DNA of 54,054 bases from an uncultured Clostridia bacterium (GCA_934149155.1 CAKPDZ010000002.1:1-54054); one strand, 5' to 3'; numbered from the stretch's first letter, positions 29,229-38,178 are shown. Numbers and translations: made by a program. Notes: generated from the letters alone by a model not told the origin.

Positions 29229-29969
29229 ATGAAAGAAAATGAACTAAAAAATAATAAAGCAACTCAAATAATTAATGAAGAAGATGAACAATATCTTTAT
29301 GCAGAAACACATAAAAAGAACTCTATCAATAAATTAGATTCTCTTTTATCATATTATATAGATCAGGAAGATTATAAAAAAGTTCACTTACTATCTTTTT
29401 GGTTTGAAGATTTTGCAATGTACAATTTAAGCGAAAAAACTTTTGAACCCAAACTTTTAAAAAAATATAAAAGAGGAAGCATTATTAAAGCAAATTTAGG
29501 ATTTAATATTGGAAATGAAGAAGGCGGACTACATTATTGTATAGTTCTTGATAAAAACAATGCTATTTCATCTGGAACTCTTACGGTTGTTCCTCTAACA
29601 TCTGTAAAAGAAAATAAGAAGTACAATGAACTTGCTACTGTAAATTTAGGCAATGAGATATATTTAAATTTAACCAAAATCTGTGATACTATGACTGCAA
29701 ATTTATCTGAAAAATATAAAGATATATGGAAATTACCCACAGAAAAAGTTGAGCAATTCAATAATGATTTTAAATATATAAAAAAGGTAGAAAAAGAAAT
29801 TTCCAAGATGAAAAAAGGTAGTATTGCATTAGTCTCACAAATCACAACAATTAGCAAACAAAGAATTTATGACCCAAAAACAAATTCAGATGTTTTATCC
29901 AAACTTAAAGTTTCAGGTAATACATTGGATTTAATTGACAACAAACTAAAAGAACTTTTCTTAAAATAA
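29229..29969 (+). CDS. MazF/PemK-fold toxin-like protein with a long N-terminal extension and an internal insertion (solo; candidate abortive-infection/TA moron)
   Basis: KRGSIIKANLGFNIGNEEGGLHYCIVLDKNN...TLTVVPLTS...KGSIALVSQITTISKQRI follows the PemK pattern (RGdI..v.l....G.E..g.rP..Vl......vvPlTs....s.v...Qi.tis..Rl). Confidence 0.5.
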   Translation: MKENELKNNKATQIINEEDEQYLYAETHKKNSINKLDSLLSYYIDQEDYKKVHLLSFWFEDFAMYNLSEKTFEPKLLKKYKRGSIIKANLGFNIGNEEGGLHYCIVLDKNNAISSGTLTVVPLTSVKENKKYNELATVNLGNEIYLNLTKICDTMTANLSEKYKDIWKLPTEKVEQFNNDFKYIKKVEKEISKMKKGSIALVSQITTISKQRIYDPKTNSDVLSKLKVSGNTLDLIDNKLKELFLK

Positions 29970-29981
29970 TAAGAATAATAT

Positions 29982-30010
29982 TTGACATTGAGCATACAAT
30001 ATAGTATAAT
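29982..30010 (+). promoter_or_regulatory. Consensus promoter TTGACA-17-TATAAT
   Basis: ttgaca at 29982-29987 and tataat at 30005-30010. Confidence 0.6.
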
Positions 30011-30016
30011 AAAGTT

Positions 30017-30120
30017 AGTTATAACTCAGCAGTATAGTATTATTTCTTTCAGAAATAATATTGATACCTGCATTATAGAAGACTTTATAAAGTAGCTCAT
30101 TGCAGCTACTTTTATTTTTT
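30017..30120 (+). ncRNA. Candidate ~100-nt small RNA between the MazF-like gene and the integrase
   Basis: The consensus promoter above. An internal 10-bp hairpin (tattatttct/agaaataata) and a terminator AGTAGCT-CATTGC-AGCTACT followed by TTTATTTTTT. It contains no ATG ORF. Confidence 0.4.
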
Positions 30121-30320
30121 ATAAAAAGTACAAAATTGATACTTTTGAAATTAAATCAAACAAATAAAAAAGAGAAATATGCTACACATCGCGACAAGGT
30201 ACATATTTCTCACACATAAAAATTCCTTGAAACAAGGTCTCTTTATGCTACTTATTATAGCATATCAATAAACCTTTTTTCAAGAGATTTAGTAAAAATT
30301 TAGAAAGAAGGTATTTTATT

Positions 30321-31634
30321 ATGAAAGTTAGTATTAGAACAAATAAATTAAAAAAAGGAAATAGTTACACTGTTTTTGTGGATTATGGTATTGTCAATGG
30401 AAGCAGAAAAAGAGAACCCCTTGAAACATTTTCTAAGAAATCTGATGCTACAAACTATAAAGCTAAAGTTCAGACAGAAATAAACAATAATACATTTATA
30501 AATATTCCAAACATTACTTTTTCTGAAGCAATTGACGAATGGATGGAAAATTATGTTGCAAATAATTGTGAACCCAATACAGAATTTGGCTACAAATTAA
30601 TTAATAGGAAATATTTAAAACCTTGTCTAGGTCATATTCCTTTTAAAATCATTAGTAGTTCAAAAGGAATTGACATTATTAATGATTACTATAAATATTT
30701 AAGATATGATTTATCTGGTGAATTTGAGACCACAAAAGATGGAAAGAAAAAACACAAAAAAAACTTATCTTATTCTACTGTAGAACATCACAAAGCACAA
30801 ATATCAGGAATCTTTACTTATTTTATGAACAATAAAAAAATACCACGCAATATATGTTTAAATACTGTTATTCCTAAAACAGACGAAGAAAAAATGAAAG
30901 ATGTTGTAATAGATAATATTGAAGATCTTGAAGATGAAGAATTATATGAAGATGAAAAATTTATCACTCCTGAGCAAGCTATACAAGTTTTGAACTTATT
31001 TATGAATACACCAATGATGCTCCCTGTCTGTCTAGCGACATTTATGTCGTTAAGAAGAAGTGAAATTGCAGGAATATTAAAAAATAAAGTTGATACTCAA
31101 AATATGAAACTTACTATAAATGCTTCTCGTGTACGATGCGGAAACAAAACAATATATAAGAAAAGAAATAAAACAAAAACTTCTACACGAAATTTATATA
31201 TTCCCAAAATAATGTTAAAGATATTAGAAGAAGATGAGAAAAGACAACAAAAAAATAGAGAAATATTTGGAGATAAATATATAGAGTCAAAGTTTTTATG
31301 TGTTATGGACAATGGAAGTCCTGTCAGGGTTGATTATATGACAGTAAAATTTAAACAAGTTTTTGATAAATTTATAACAGAACAAACAGAAAAAGCAATT
31401 AAAAATGGGACAGAATTTAATTTTCCTTATGTTACATTGCATAAGCTAAGACATTTGAATATAAGTGCCTTATTAGCAAACGGTGCATATCTTACAGATG
31501 TTAGAGATAGTGCTGGACATTCTGATATTGAAACAACTATGCATTATACTCATAATTACACCGAAGGAAAAAAAGAAATTGCCAACAAGATAGACGAAAT
31601 ATATTCCCCTCTTTTAAATTTTAAGATAAGCTAA
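30321..31634 (+). CDS. int: Tyrosine site-specific integrase
   Basis: C-terminal catalytic motifs ..SLRRSEI.., HKLRHLNISALL, GHSDIETTMHYTH. Confidence 0.92.
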   Translation: MKVSIRTNKLKKGNSYTVFVDYGIVNGSRKREPLETFSKKSDATNYKAKVQTEINNNTFINIPNITFSEAIDEWMENYVANNCEPNTEFGYKLINRKYLKPCLGHIPFKIISSSKGIDIINDYYKYLRYDLSGEFETTKDGKKKHKKNLSYSTVEHHKAQISGIFTYFMNNKKIPRNICLNTVIPKTDEEKMKDVVIDNIEDLEDEELYEDEKFITPEQAIQVLNLFMNTPMMLPVCLATFMSLRRSEIAGILKNKVDTQNMKLTINASRVRCGNKTIYKKRNKTKTSTRNLYIPKIMLKILEEDEKRQQKNREIFGDKYIESKFLCVMDNGSPVRVDYMTVKFKQVFDKFITEQTEKAIKNGTEFNFPYVTLHKLRHLNISALLANGAYLTDVRDSAGHSDIETTMHYTHNYTEGKKEIANKIDEIYSPLLNFKIS

Positions 31635-31650
31635 GTGCTTATCTTTTTCT
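31623..31650 (+). terminator. Terminator of int
   Basis: AAGATAAGC-TAAGT-GCTTATCTT followed by TTTCT. The stem overlaps the stop codon. Confidence 0.6.
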
Positions 31651-31675
31651 ATTTTATTCTATAATGTACTTGTAC

Positions 31676-31697
31676 TTTGGACAAGTTTTGGACAAGT
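31676..31697. repeat. Tandem 11-nt direct repeat TTTGGACAAGT x2 (candidate integrase arm-type sites in the att region)
   Basis: Read directly, between int and the tRNA. Confidence 0.5.
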
Positions 31698-31707
31698 AAG
31701 CCTGTTT

Positions 31708-31749
31708 TTAATAAAAATGCAAGACCTTCAATCTCTTGAAAGTCTTGCA
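31708..31749 (-). terminator. Terminator of tRNA-Gln (the att core probably lies nearby)
   Basis: TGCAAGAC...GTCTTGCA stem with an inner TTCAA/TTGAA stem, then TTTTTATT on the minus strand. Confidence 0.6.
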
Positions 31750-31754
31750 ATCAC

Positions 31755-31829
31755 TGGCTGGGGCACTGTGATTCGAACACAGGAATGTCGGAGTCAGAGT
31801 CCGATGCCTTACCGCTTGGCGATGCCCCA
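31755..31829 (-). tRNA. tRNA-Gln (anticodon CTG), 75 nt with encoded CCA
   Basis: Reverse complement is TGGGGCATCGCCAAGCGGTAAGGCATCGGACTCTGACTCCGACATTCCTGTGTTCGAATCACAGTGCCCCAGCCA. It folds as a canonical cloverleaf with anticodon loop CT-CTG-AC. Confidence 0.9.
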
Positions 31830-31940
31830 ATATATTACTGCAAATTATATTATCACATAGAATAAAAATTTGCAACACAATGCTGCAAATTTCTATTAAT
31901 TTATAAAATATTAGTTAGGTAGGCTGTATAAAAATTTATT

Positions 31941-32627
31941 CTAGTATTCATACTCTGAAATTTCTTTCTCGTATTTCTTATAATCTGAAATATATTTTTC
32001 AATTATTTGATAAAATCTTTTTCCATGAGATTTATATTTCAAGTGGCAAAATTCATGTGCCACAACATATTCTATTGTTTCTCTTTTATACTTCATCAAT
32101 TCTGGATTTATAGTAATTTTGCCATCTTCACATTTAGCTATTTTTCCATTCATTAGTTTTACTTCATAATCTTCTGGAGCAAATCCTAACATCTTTCTTG
32201 TCTTCTCCATTATGTCCTCTATTTCATTTTCTGCAATTTGCTCGTACATCTTTTCAATTGACATTTTTAAAACTTGTTCATTTCCTATTTTTTTATATTT
32301 AATTGGTAATACTATTTGTATTTTATAATTTTCTTTTAAATTTAATTCTGGAGTTTTTATTTTTTCATAATCAACTTGTACATCATAGTTCTTTCCAAAT
32401 ATTTTTACTGATTGCATATTTGAAAGATCTTCTTCATATTCTTGCATTTTGCTTAATATCCAATTTTTCTTTTCTTGTACTATTTGTTGAATTCTGTTTG
32501 ATGTAAAATACCATGGTGCATTTACCACTACTTCACCATTTTGAACTGTTATATACATATTTGTGTTTACTGCCTTATTAACTGTATATGTTATTACATT
32601 ACTTTTTCTTCCAAATATACTCATCAT
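31941..32627 (-). CDS. DUF45 / M48-family metal-dependent hydrolase (YgjP-like)
   Basis: HEFCHLKYKSHGKRFY zinc motif near the C-terminus; 228 aa. Confidence 0.8.
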   Translation of the reverse strand: MMSIFGRKSNVITYTVNKAVNTNMYITVQNGEVVVNAPWYFTSNRIQQIVQEKKNWILSKMQEYEEDLSNMQSVKIFGKNYDVQVDYEKIKTPELNLKENYKIQIVLPIKYKKIGNEQVLKMSIEKMYEQIAENEIEDIMEKTRKMLGFAPEDYEVKLMNGKIAKCEDGKITINPELMKYKRETIEYVVAHEFCHLKYKSHGKRFYQIIEKYISDYKKYEKEISEYEY

Positions 32628-32647
32628 TTTTCCTCCTCTTCTTTTTT

Positions 32648-32661
32648 CGAATTATTGTTCG
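32648..32661. promoter_or_regulatory. LexA (Cheo-type) box CGAACAATAATTCG (minus-strand reading)
   Basis: One mismatch to CGAAC-N4-GTTCG. It lies between the -10 and the RBS of the DUF45 gene. Confidence 0.5.
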
Positions 32662-32712
32662 CTTTTGTTGTTCTTATTTTATATCCTATTTTTAATTTTG
32701 TCAATAGTTTTT

Positions 32713-32726
32713 CGAACATTTTTTTG
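32713..32726. promoter_or_regulatory. Second, weaker LexA-like half-palindrome CGAACATTTTTTTG
   Basis: Just upstream of the -35 (TTGACA, plus tgtcaa at 32699-32704). Confidence 0.3.
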
Positions 32727-32780
32727 CGTTTTTTAAAAATTTTTGTTACAATTCACAACAGTATTATATAATATTTTATA

Positions 32781-32856
32781 AAATTAATAATATATTGTTT
32801 TGAAATACAGCGTAAGCGACCAAACACCAAGGTATAAAAAAATATATTATTAATTT
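32781..32856. repeat. MITE-like inverted-repeat element, short copy A (internal deletion)
   Basis: aaattaataatatattgttttgaaatacagcgtaagcga...caccaaggtataaaaaaatatattattaattt. Both termini match copies B and C. Confidence 0.7.
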
Positions 32857-32947
32857 TTTAGAATCTATATCATTCAGCTGTGAATTGCAACAAATTTTTC
32901 ATATACTATTTACAGCTTGTAAAACATATATTTAATTGAGGTGTACT

Positions 32948-33997
32948 ATGAAAAAAAATCATTTTTATATATTAAAATTAAAGCAACTTATTTTACCATT
33001 TCTATTAATCATATTTACTATATGTTTAGTAATATTTTCTAACACTAATCTGTATGCAGCAAAAAGTGGATTGCTACTATGGGCCAATTCTATAGTTCCT
33101 ACTTTATTCCCTTTCTTTGTTGCTACAGAATTACTAAGTCATACAAATTTCACATATTATTTAGGAAAAGTCTTAAACAGATTTATGAAACCTGTTTTCA
33201 ACATTAGAGGTGAAGGTAGTTTTGCTCTTATTATGGGCATTATTAGTGGATATCCAACAGGTGCTAAAATCGCTGCAAATTTCCGCTTAAATAACATTTG
33301 CTCAAAAGAAGAATGTGAACGTCTTTTAAGTTTTACCAATAACTCTGGTCCTTTATTTATTCTAGGAACTGTAGGAATTTCAATGTTTGGTAATTCTACA
33401 ATTGGGATTTTACTATTAATCAGCCATTTATTATCAGCAATTACTGTAGGTATTATTTTTAGATTTTGGAAATCTAACATCCAACAATCATCTATCACTA
33501 GTACTTCTTATAAAACTTCTAATGCTAATATCTCTCTGTCAAATTTAGGTGGAGTAATTGGAAATAGTATTACAAATTCTATTAATACAATTCTGTTAAT
33601 CGGTGGATTTGTAGTTTTATTTTCTGTTATAATCTCTATCTTACAAAATAGTCAGATTTTAAATGTTATTACTAATTTGTTTACACCTATATTTAACTTT
33701 TTACATATTCCTGAAAAATTCACAACTGGTTTCATCTCTGGATTTTTAGAACTAACAAATGGACTTAATATTATTTGTAATATTACAGAAAAACATCTAT
33801 CTTATAACATTATTTTAGCTTCTTTTCTTCTAGGCCTAGGTGGCCTATCTGTTTTACTTCAAGTTTGGAGCACTATTGCAAAAACAGATTTGTCAATAAG
33901 ACCATACATATTAGGTAAACTCTTACATGCTTGCATTTCTGCTTTGTATACTTTCCTACTTATAAAAAGCTTTTTTATTTTCAATTTTGATTTGTAA
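32948..33997 (+). CDS. ylbJ: Sporulation integral membrane protein YlbJ
   Basis: Multi-TM protein with a nucleoside-recognition-like ..IISGYPTGAKIAA.. motif. Start trimmed to MKKNHF after GAGGTG. Confidence 0.78.
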   Translation: MKKNHFYILKLKQLILPFLLIIFTICLVIFSNTNLYAAKSGLLLWANSIVPTLFPFFVATELLSHTNFTYYLGKVLNRFMKPVFNIRGEGSFALIMGIISGYPTGAKIAANFRLNNICSKEECERLLSFTNNSGPLFILGTVGISMFGNSTIGILLLISHLLSAITVGIIFRFWKSNIQQSSITSTSYKTSNANISLSNLGGVIGNSITNSINTILLIGGFVVLFSVIISILQNSQILNVITNLFTPIFNFLHIPEKFTTGFISGFLELTNGLNIICNITEKHLSYNIILASFLLGLGGLSVLLQVWSTIAKTDLSIRPYILGKLLHACISALYTFLLIKSFFIFNFDL

Positions 33998-34028
33998 AGT
34001 TGTCAAAAAGGCATGTCCCTTTTGACAA

Positions 34029-34754
34029 CTAGCTATAAATTCTAGCAGTTATATTTTGTGCCGTATTTTCCATAACAATTTTTATAGTTTTTCCTGTATT
34101 ATTTTTAAATTTAAAATCATAACTACCATAAGCAACAGCAGCATCTTTACCATCTTGAATATATGGTACATGATTACTATGTTGATGTCTTTCAACAACT
34201 TCTAATCCTGGTACTTTTAAAACTGCATTATATAAAGTTGTACTTACCTGACAATTCCCACCTCCAAGACCTTTCTCTTTTTTTCCATCTACATATATAT
34301 CCGCTTCTTGATATCCCTTAGCAGTTGTTGCTTTCCCTACTGTATTGCAAAAAGAAAACGTTTCTCCCGGTTTAACTTTTTTAGAATTTAATGCATTGCA
34401 TGTTATTGATATATTATTTTGCCTTTCAGGTTCTTTAGTATAAATTTTAGTTGAAAAGTTTGCTATTTCTTTTTCTTGTTTTGTTGTATCTGAACTATTT
34501 GATGTATTAGTATTTGTTACCCCTGTGTTGTTTGTATTACTGTTTGTTTCGCTAGAAGATTCATTTTTATTATCATTGCTAACATTATTATTTGATATAT
34601 TAACATTTTGATTTGTACTACTTCTTTCTGCCTGATAATTAGATTCATTATTATTTTTTTCACTAGTCTTTTTAGCATCAGAGATCTTCCATATCCAAAA
34701 TCCTCCACCAATTGCTAATGCTATTATAATAATTATTACCACTGTCTTTTTCAT
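34029..34754 (-). CDS. VanW-family protein (signal anchor + VanW domain)
   Basis: GGGNCQVSTTLYNAVL...VERHQHS motif. Start trimmed to MKKTVVIIIII after AAAGGATGA. Confidence 0.8.
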   Translation of the reverse strand: MKKTVVIIIIIALAIGGGFWIWKISDAKKTSEKNNNESNYQAERSSTNQNVNISNNNVSNDNKNESSSETNSNTNNTGVTNTNTSNSSDTTKQEKEIANFSTKIYTKEPERQNNISITCNALNSKKVKPGETFSFCNTVGKATTAKGYQEADIYVDGKKEKGLGGGNCQVSTTLYNAVLKVPGLEVVERHQHSNHVPYIQDGKDAAVAYGSYDFKFKNNTGKTIKIVMENTAQNITARIYS

Positions 34755-34872
34755 AATATAATCATCCTTTCTCACTTTTAAATTATTTTGTCCCAAAATC
34801 CTAAATATTATTGACAAATTAATAACAAATATAGTATAATTATTTGTGTATAAATTTTTAAAGGAGATTATT

Positions 34873-35049
34873 ATGTTAGCTAAGTATTGGAAAAAAATAG
34901 GTGTATTTATTTTAATAGTTGCTTGTATATTTAATGTAATGACTAAATTAATAAACAAATTGTCATTAAAAAGCGAACTTGAAACTTCAGCAACATATGT
35001 AAATCAAGAAAAAAATAAAAATTTAGACGAAGATAACAAAAATAATTAA
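34873..35049 (+). CDS. Small membrane protein (58 aa)
   Basis: AAAGGAG RBS and a TTGACA-18-TATAAT promoter at about 34811-34840. Confidence 0.4.
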   Translation: MLAKYWKKIGVFILIVACIFNVMTKLINKLSLKSELETSATYVNQEKNKNLDEDNKNN

Positions 35050-35080
35050 TATACTTATATTTGGAAAGAGGTGAATTCAC

Positions 35081-35281
35081 ATGAAAGAAGGATTACATCC
35101 AACATATAACCAAACAACAATTACATGCGCATGTGGTAATGTATTAGAAGTTGGTTCAACAAAAAAAGATTTAAAAGTAGACGTTTGCTCTAAATGTCAT
35201 CCATATTGGACAGGTAACTTAAGACTTGATACAAAAGGTGGTAGAGCTGCTAGATTTAAAGAAAAATATGGTCTTGCATAA
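35081..35281 (+). CDS. rpmE: 50S ribosomal protein L31 (Cys-containing type A)
   Basis: MKEGLHPTYNQTTITCACGN...CSKCHPYWTG. Confidence 0.95.
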   Translation: MKEGLHPTYNQTTITCACGNVLEVGSTKKDLKVDVCSKCHPYWTGNLRLDTKGGRAARFKEKYGLA

Positions 35282-35286
35282 AAAAA

Positions 35287-35313
35287 TGGCTTTCGAACGA
35301 AGCCACTTTTTTT
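35287..35313 (+). terminator. rpmE terminator
   Basis: TGGCTT-loop-AAGCCA followed by CTTTTTTT. Confidence 0.55.
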
Positions 35314-35383
35314 ATTGTCTATTAAAAATATTTAACTAAAAAGTCACTTAACAGCACATTATGTACTGAAGTGACTCTTTTTT

Positions 35384-36877
35384 TTATTTTTCTAATAAAA
35401 TTATTTTATAACTATAATCGTGATACTTTGTAAAGAAATCTTTTTCAGAAACTTTTTTATATCCAGTTCCTTCAAAAACTTCATCTGTAACTGAATTATA
35501 TGCATTATCAACAAACCAAATTCTATTTGAACAGTTTTCAATAAAATCTTTTGTTACTGCAACTTCATAATTAGGTCCAAAAGCTTTATATGCCTCTTCT
35601 ACTCCCCAATTATCTTCATTATAAAAATATACTTGATTATCTGCAAACTGTACAGCTACAACTGAGCCACCTCCAAAATCTGCATATACTATTGTATCTC
35701 CTTCTTGTACATTTTCATTAAGATATTTAATTGGTTCTTGATCTGAATAATCATAATTATCTTTCATCATAATTATATTGTTATATACTCCCAATATCGC
35801 TATTACTGAAAGTATTGAAATTATTTCAATCTTGTTTTGTTCTTTTCCTAATATAAAGCTTATTGCAAATATGTATAATCCTGTTACTACAAATAAATAT
35901 CTATAATATAATATTGATGTTTTCATTACTACTGTAATAATTATAGCTGCAACTATTACTGCGAAATATACTATTACAGACCACTTAAATGCATTTAAAT
36001 TTTCTTTTGCTTTTGCATATTTATATGTTTTATAAATCATATATGCATACAACTCTAATGCAAGTACTGTTGGTACCAATAAACCTGTATAATCTGATGT
36101 TTTTACATATCCTGCTAGTTGTGAACTTAACAATTCCATTGGTGTTTTTGGAAATGAAAATCCAATCCAAAATCCTCCAGAAACATTACTTAACTGTGTA
36201 GCAAAGTTTACTAACCAAGGTAGATATGCTAATCCTTGTAAAACTCCAAATGATACTATAAATATTATACCTTTTTTTCTTTTCTTTACTATTAAGTAAA
36301 TTAACAAAAATACATTTATCAATCCTGCTGCCATTAATCCATAATAATGTAAATATATACTTGCTAAACTTGATAATCCAAATATTATCCAATTTTTTGT
36401 ATTATCATCTTTTGTAAGTCTATATGCATAAATTGCAAGAATCGTTACTGCTAATATTGCCCAAGAATACATTCTTATTTCTATTGCATATTGAGCCATC
36501 TCTGGTAAAAATGCCGATAAAAATGAAAATATAAATCCTGTTTTTTCTCCAAAATCTTTTCTTATATGAGTATATCCTAAAACAATCATTAGAGCTATTG
36601 GAATAACAGAAAATATTCTATATGCCATTATTGAACCACCAGTTATTAAATATACAATTCTTAGCATCCAATAATATAAAATCGGATGTACATCATGACC
36701 ACCAATTGACCATATTTCGCCAAATGTATGTCGCGCTAATCCAACTGAATAACTCTCATCAAACCATAAATTGCTATGAAACGCTCCAAGTGATACAAAT
36801 ATTATACCTATTGCAATTATTGCTATATGCCACTGTTTCAAAGTAATTGCCTTCAATTTTTCTTTGACTTTCTCCAT
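35384..36877 (-). CDS. Polytopic membrane glycosyltransferase (GT39/ArnT/PMT_2-like)
   Basis: About 12 TM segments, an FDESYS motif in the first loop, and a soluble C-terminal domain. Confidence 0.6.
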   Translation of the reverse strand: MEKVKEKLKAITLKQWHIAIIAIGIIFVSLGAFHSNLWFDESYSVGLARHTFGEIWSIGGHDVHPILYYWMLRIVYLITGGSIMAYRIFSVIPIALMIVLGYTHIRKDFGEKTGFIFSFLSAFLPEMAQYAIEIRMYSWAILAVTILAIYAYRLTKDDNTKNWIIFGLSSLASIYLHYYGLMAAGLINVFLLIYLIVKKRKKGIIFIVSFGVLQGLAYLPWLVNFATQLSNVSGGFWIGFSFPKTPMELLSSQLAGYVKTSDYTGLLVPTVLALELYAYMIYKTYKYAKAKENLNAFKWSVIVYFAVIVAAIIITVVMKTSILYYRYLFVVTGLYIFAISFILGKEQNKIEIISILSVIAILGVYNNIIMMKDNYDYSDQEPIKYLNENVQEGDTIVYADFGGGSVVAVQFADNQVYFYNEDNWGVEEAYKAFGPNYEVAVTKDFIENCSNRIWFVDNAYNSVTDEVFEGTGYKKVSEKDFFTKYHDYSYKIILLEK

Positions 36878-36920
36878 TTTTTCGTTCCTCCTACGAATAT
36901 TTTAACAAAACTATTCTACT

Positions 36921-36956
36921 AAAAAACGCAAAAAATAGCAAGTTTTTCTTGCTATT
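36921..36956 (-). terminator. Terminator after ytfJ
   Basis: AATAGCAAG-TTTTT-CTTGCTATT followed by a T-run on the minus strand. Confidence 0.6.
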
Positions 36957-36968
36957 TTATTCTTAATA

Positions 36969-37538
36969 TTATTCATCTCCAAACACTTCTCCATCAGACT
37001 CTACATAGCTTGCTTTTTGAATATTCTCTTCCACTTTTTCTTCTTGTTTTTTAACTTCTGGGCTTTTTTGCTTTTCAGAACATCTATTACGCATCTCGCT
37101 TATAATCTTTTTAGTTCTCGCCTCTTTTTCTTGTATTGTTTTATTAAACATCTCATTTATTTTTTGCATCAAATCTGGAACATAATCTAAAATTCTATCT
37201 AAACAAGAATCATGATCAACAGGCATCAATTTAACACTGCCTTCTTGTACTACTAAAAATGCAACAGGATTTATTGAAACACCTGCTCCAGCACCACCTC
37301 CAAATGGTAATTTGTACTGAATCTCCTCATCTTTATCCTTCTTATTATATTCCTTTAAAGTTTCTCCTCTAAATTCACTTCCCCCTGCGGCAAAACCAAA
37401 ACTAACTTTAGAAATTGGAATAATAGTTATCCCTACTTGAGTTTCTATTGGTTCACCTATAATTGTATTTACATCTACCATATTTTGAATACTGCTCATA
37501 GCTGTAATCATAAGATTTTCTATTGGATGTTCATTCAT
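36969..37538 (-). CDS. ytfJ: Sporulation protein YtfJ (GerW family)
   Basis: HPIENLMITAMSSIQNMVDVNTIIGEPIE...KVSFGFAAGGSEF...PFGGGAGAGVSINPVAFLVV. Start trimmed to MNEHP after GGAGGA. Confidence 0.82.
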   Translation of the reverse strand: MNEHPIENLMITAMSSIQNMVDVNTIIGEPIETQVGITIIPISKVSFGFAAGGSEFRGETLKEYNKKDKDEEIQYKLPFGGGAGAGVSINPVAFLVVQEGSVKLMPVDHDSCLDRILDYVPDLMQKINEMFNKTIQEKEARTKKIISEMRNRCSEKQKSPEVKKQEEKVEENIQKASYVESDGEVFGDE

Positions 37539-38137
37539 ACTATATCCTCCACATCTTTTTTCAATTTTGCACATTTAAGAACCGGTCCCAAATGTGCAAA
37601 ATGTTCAAAAATTAATTTATATATATATTGCATCAAATATATCGAAAATATACCCTCTAATTTAATTTTTATAAAATCTTTATTTGAATATATTGGTATT
37701 ATTTCATATTTAGGTCTTTTGATAATTATTCCTAACATGCTAGATATTATTCCAGTAAGAATTGCTGTTATTGCTGCATCTTGAGTTCCTATTTGCATAT
37801 TTAAATCTATCATCTTTATATCTATATCTATGTTTTTAAACATTTCTACATAATTTATAACTACATCTTTTCCTTTTAATATTTTTATATCAATATCTGT
37901 ATTTTTTATTTTAAATTTTGGTGGTTTCATATTTTTTACATCTTTTTTGAATAGTTTGATTTTGCCGAACAATACCAAATACACATATATCTTACTTTCT
38001 TTATTAATTTTATCACCTTTATTCTCTTCTGTATTTATTATTAAGTTTTGTACTTCTATCCCAACTCTACTCGTATGTACCGCTATAGCTAAAATGACTA
38101 TAAATACTAAAACAAAAAGAAAAAACAATATTTCCAC
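37535..38137 (-). CDS. DUF2953-like sporulation-associated membrane protein
   Basis: N-terminal TM segment. Its position upstream of ytfJ, with ATGA overlap, is conserved in sporeformers. Confidence 0.55.
   Translation of the reverse strand: MEILFFLFVLVFIVILAIAVHTSRVGIEVQNLIINTEENKGDKINKESKIYVYLVLFGKIKLFKKDVKNMKPPKFKIKNTDIDIKILKGKDVVINYVEMFKNIDIDIKMIDLNMQIGTQDAAITAILTGIISSMLGIIIKRPKYEIIPIYSNKDFIKIKLEGIFSIYLMQYIYKLIFEHFAHLGPVLKCAKLKKDVEDIV
37565..37601. other. 12-bp perfect hairpin with a GGGACCGGTTCT-type loop inside the 3' end of the DUF2953 gene
   Basis: ttttgcacattt (37565-37576) / aaatgtgcaaaa (37590-37601), with loop aagaaccggtccc. Confidence 0.6.
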
Positions 38138-38178
38138 CTCTTTCTGGTTTAATATTATTTTTTCCTTTTATTTCTTTT

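Noticed and set aside
38138-38178. Absence of scpB directly downstream of scpA.
   Set aside because: Gene order varies among Firmicutes and scpB may lie elsewhere. A single window is not enough evidence to call this an anomaly.
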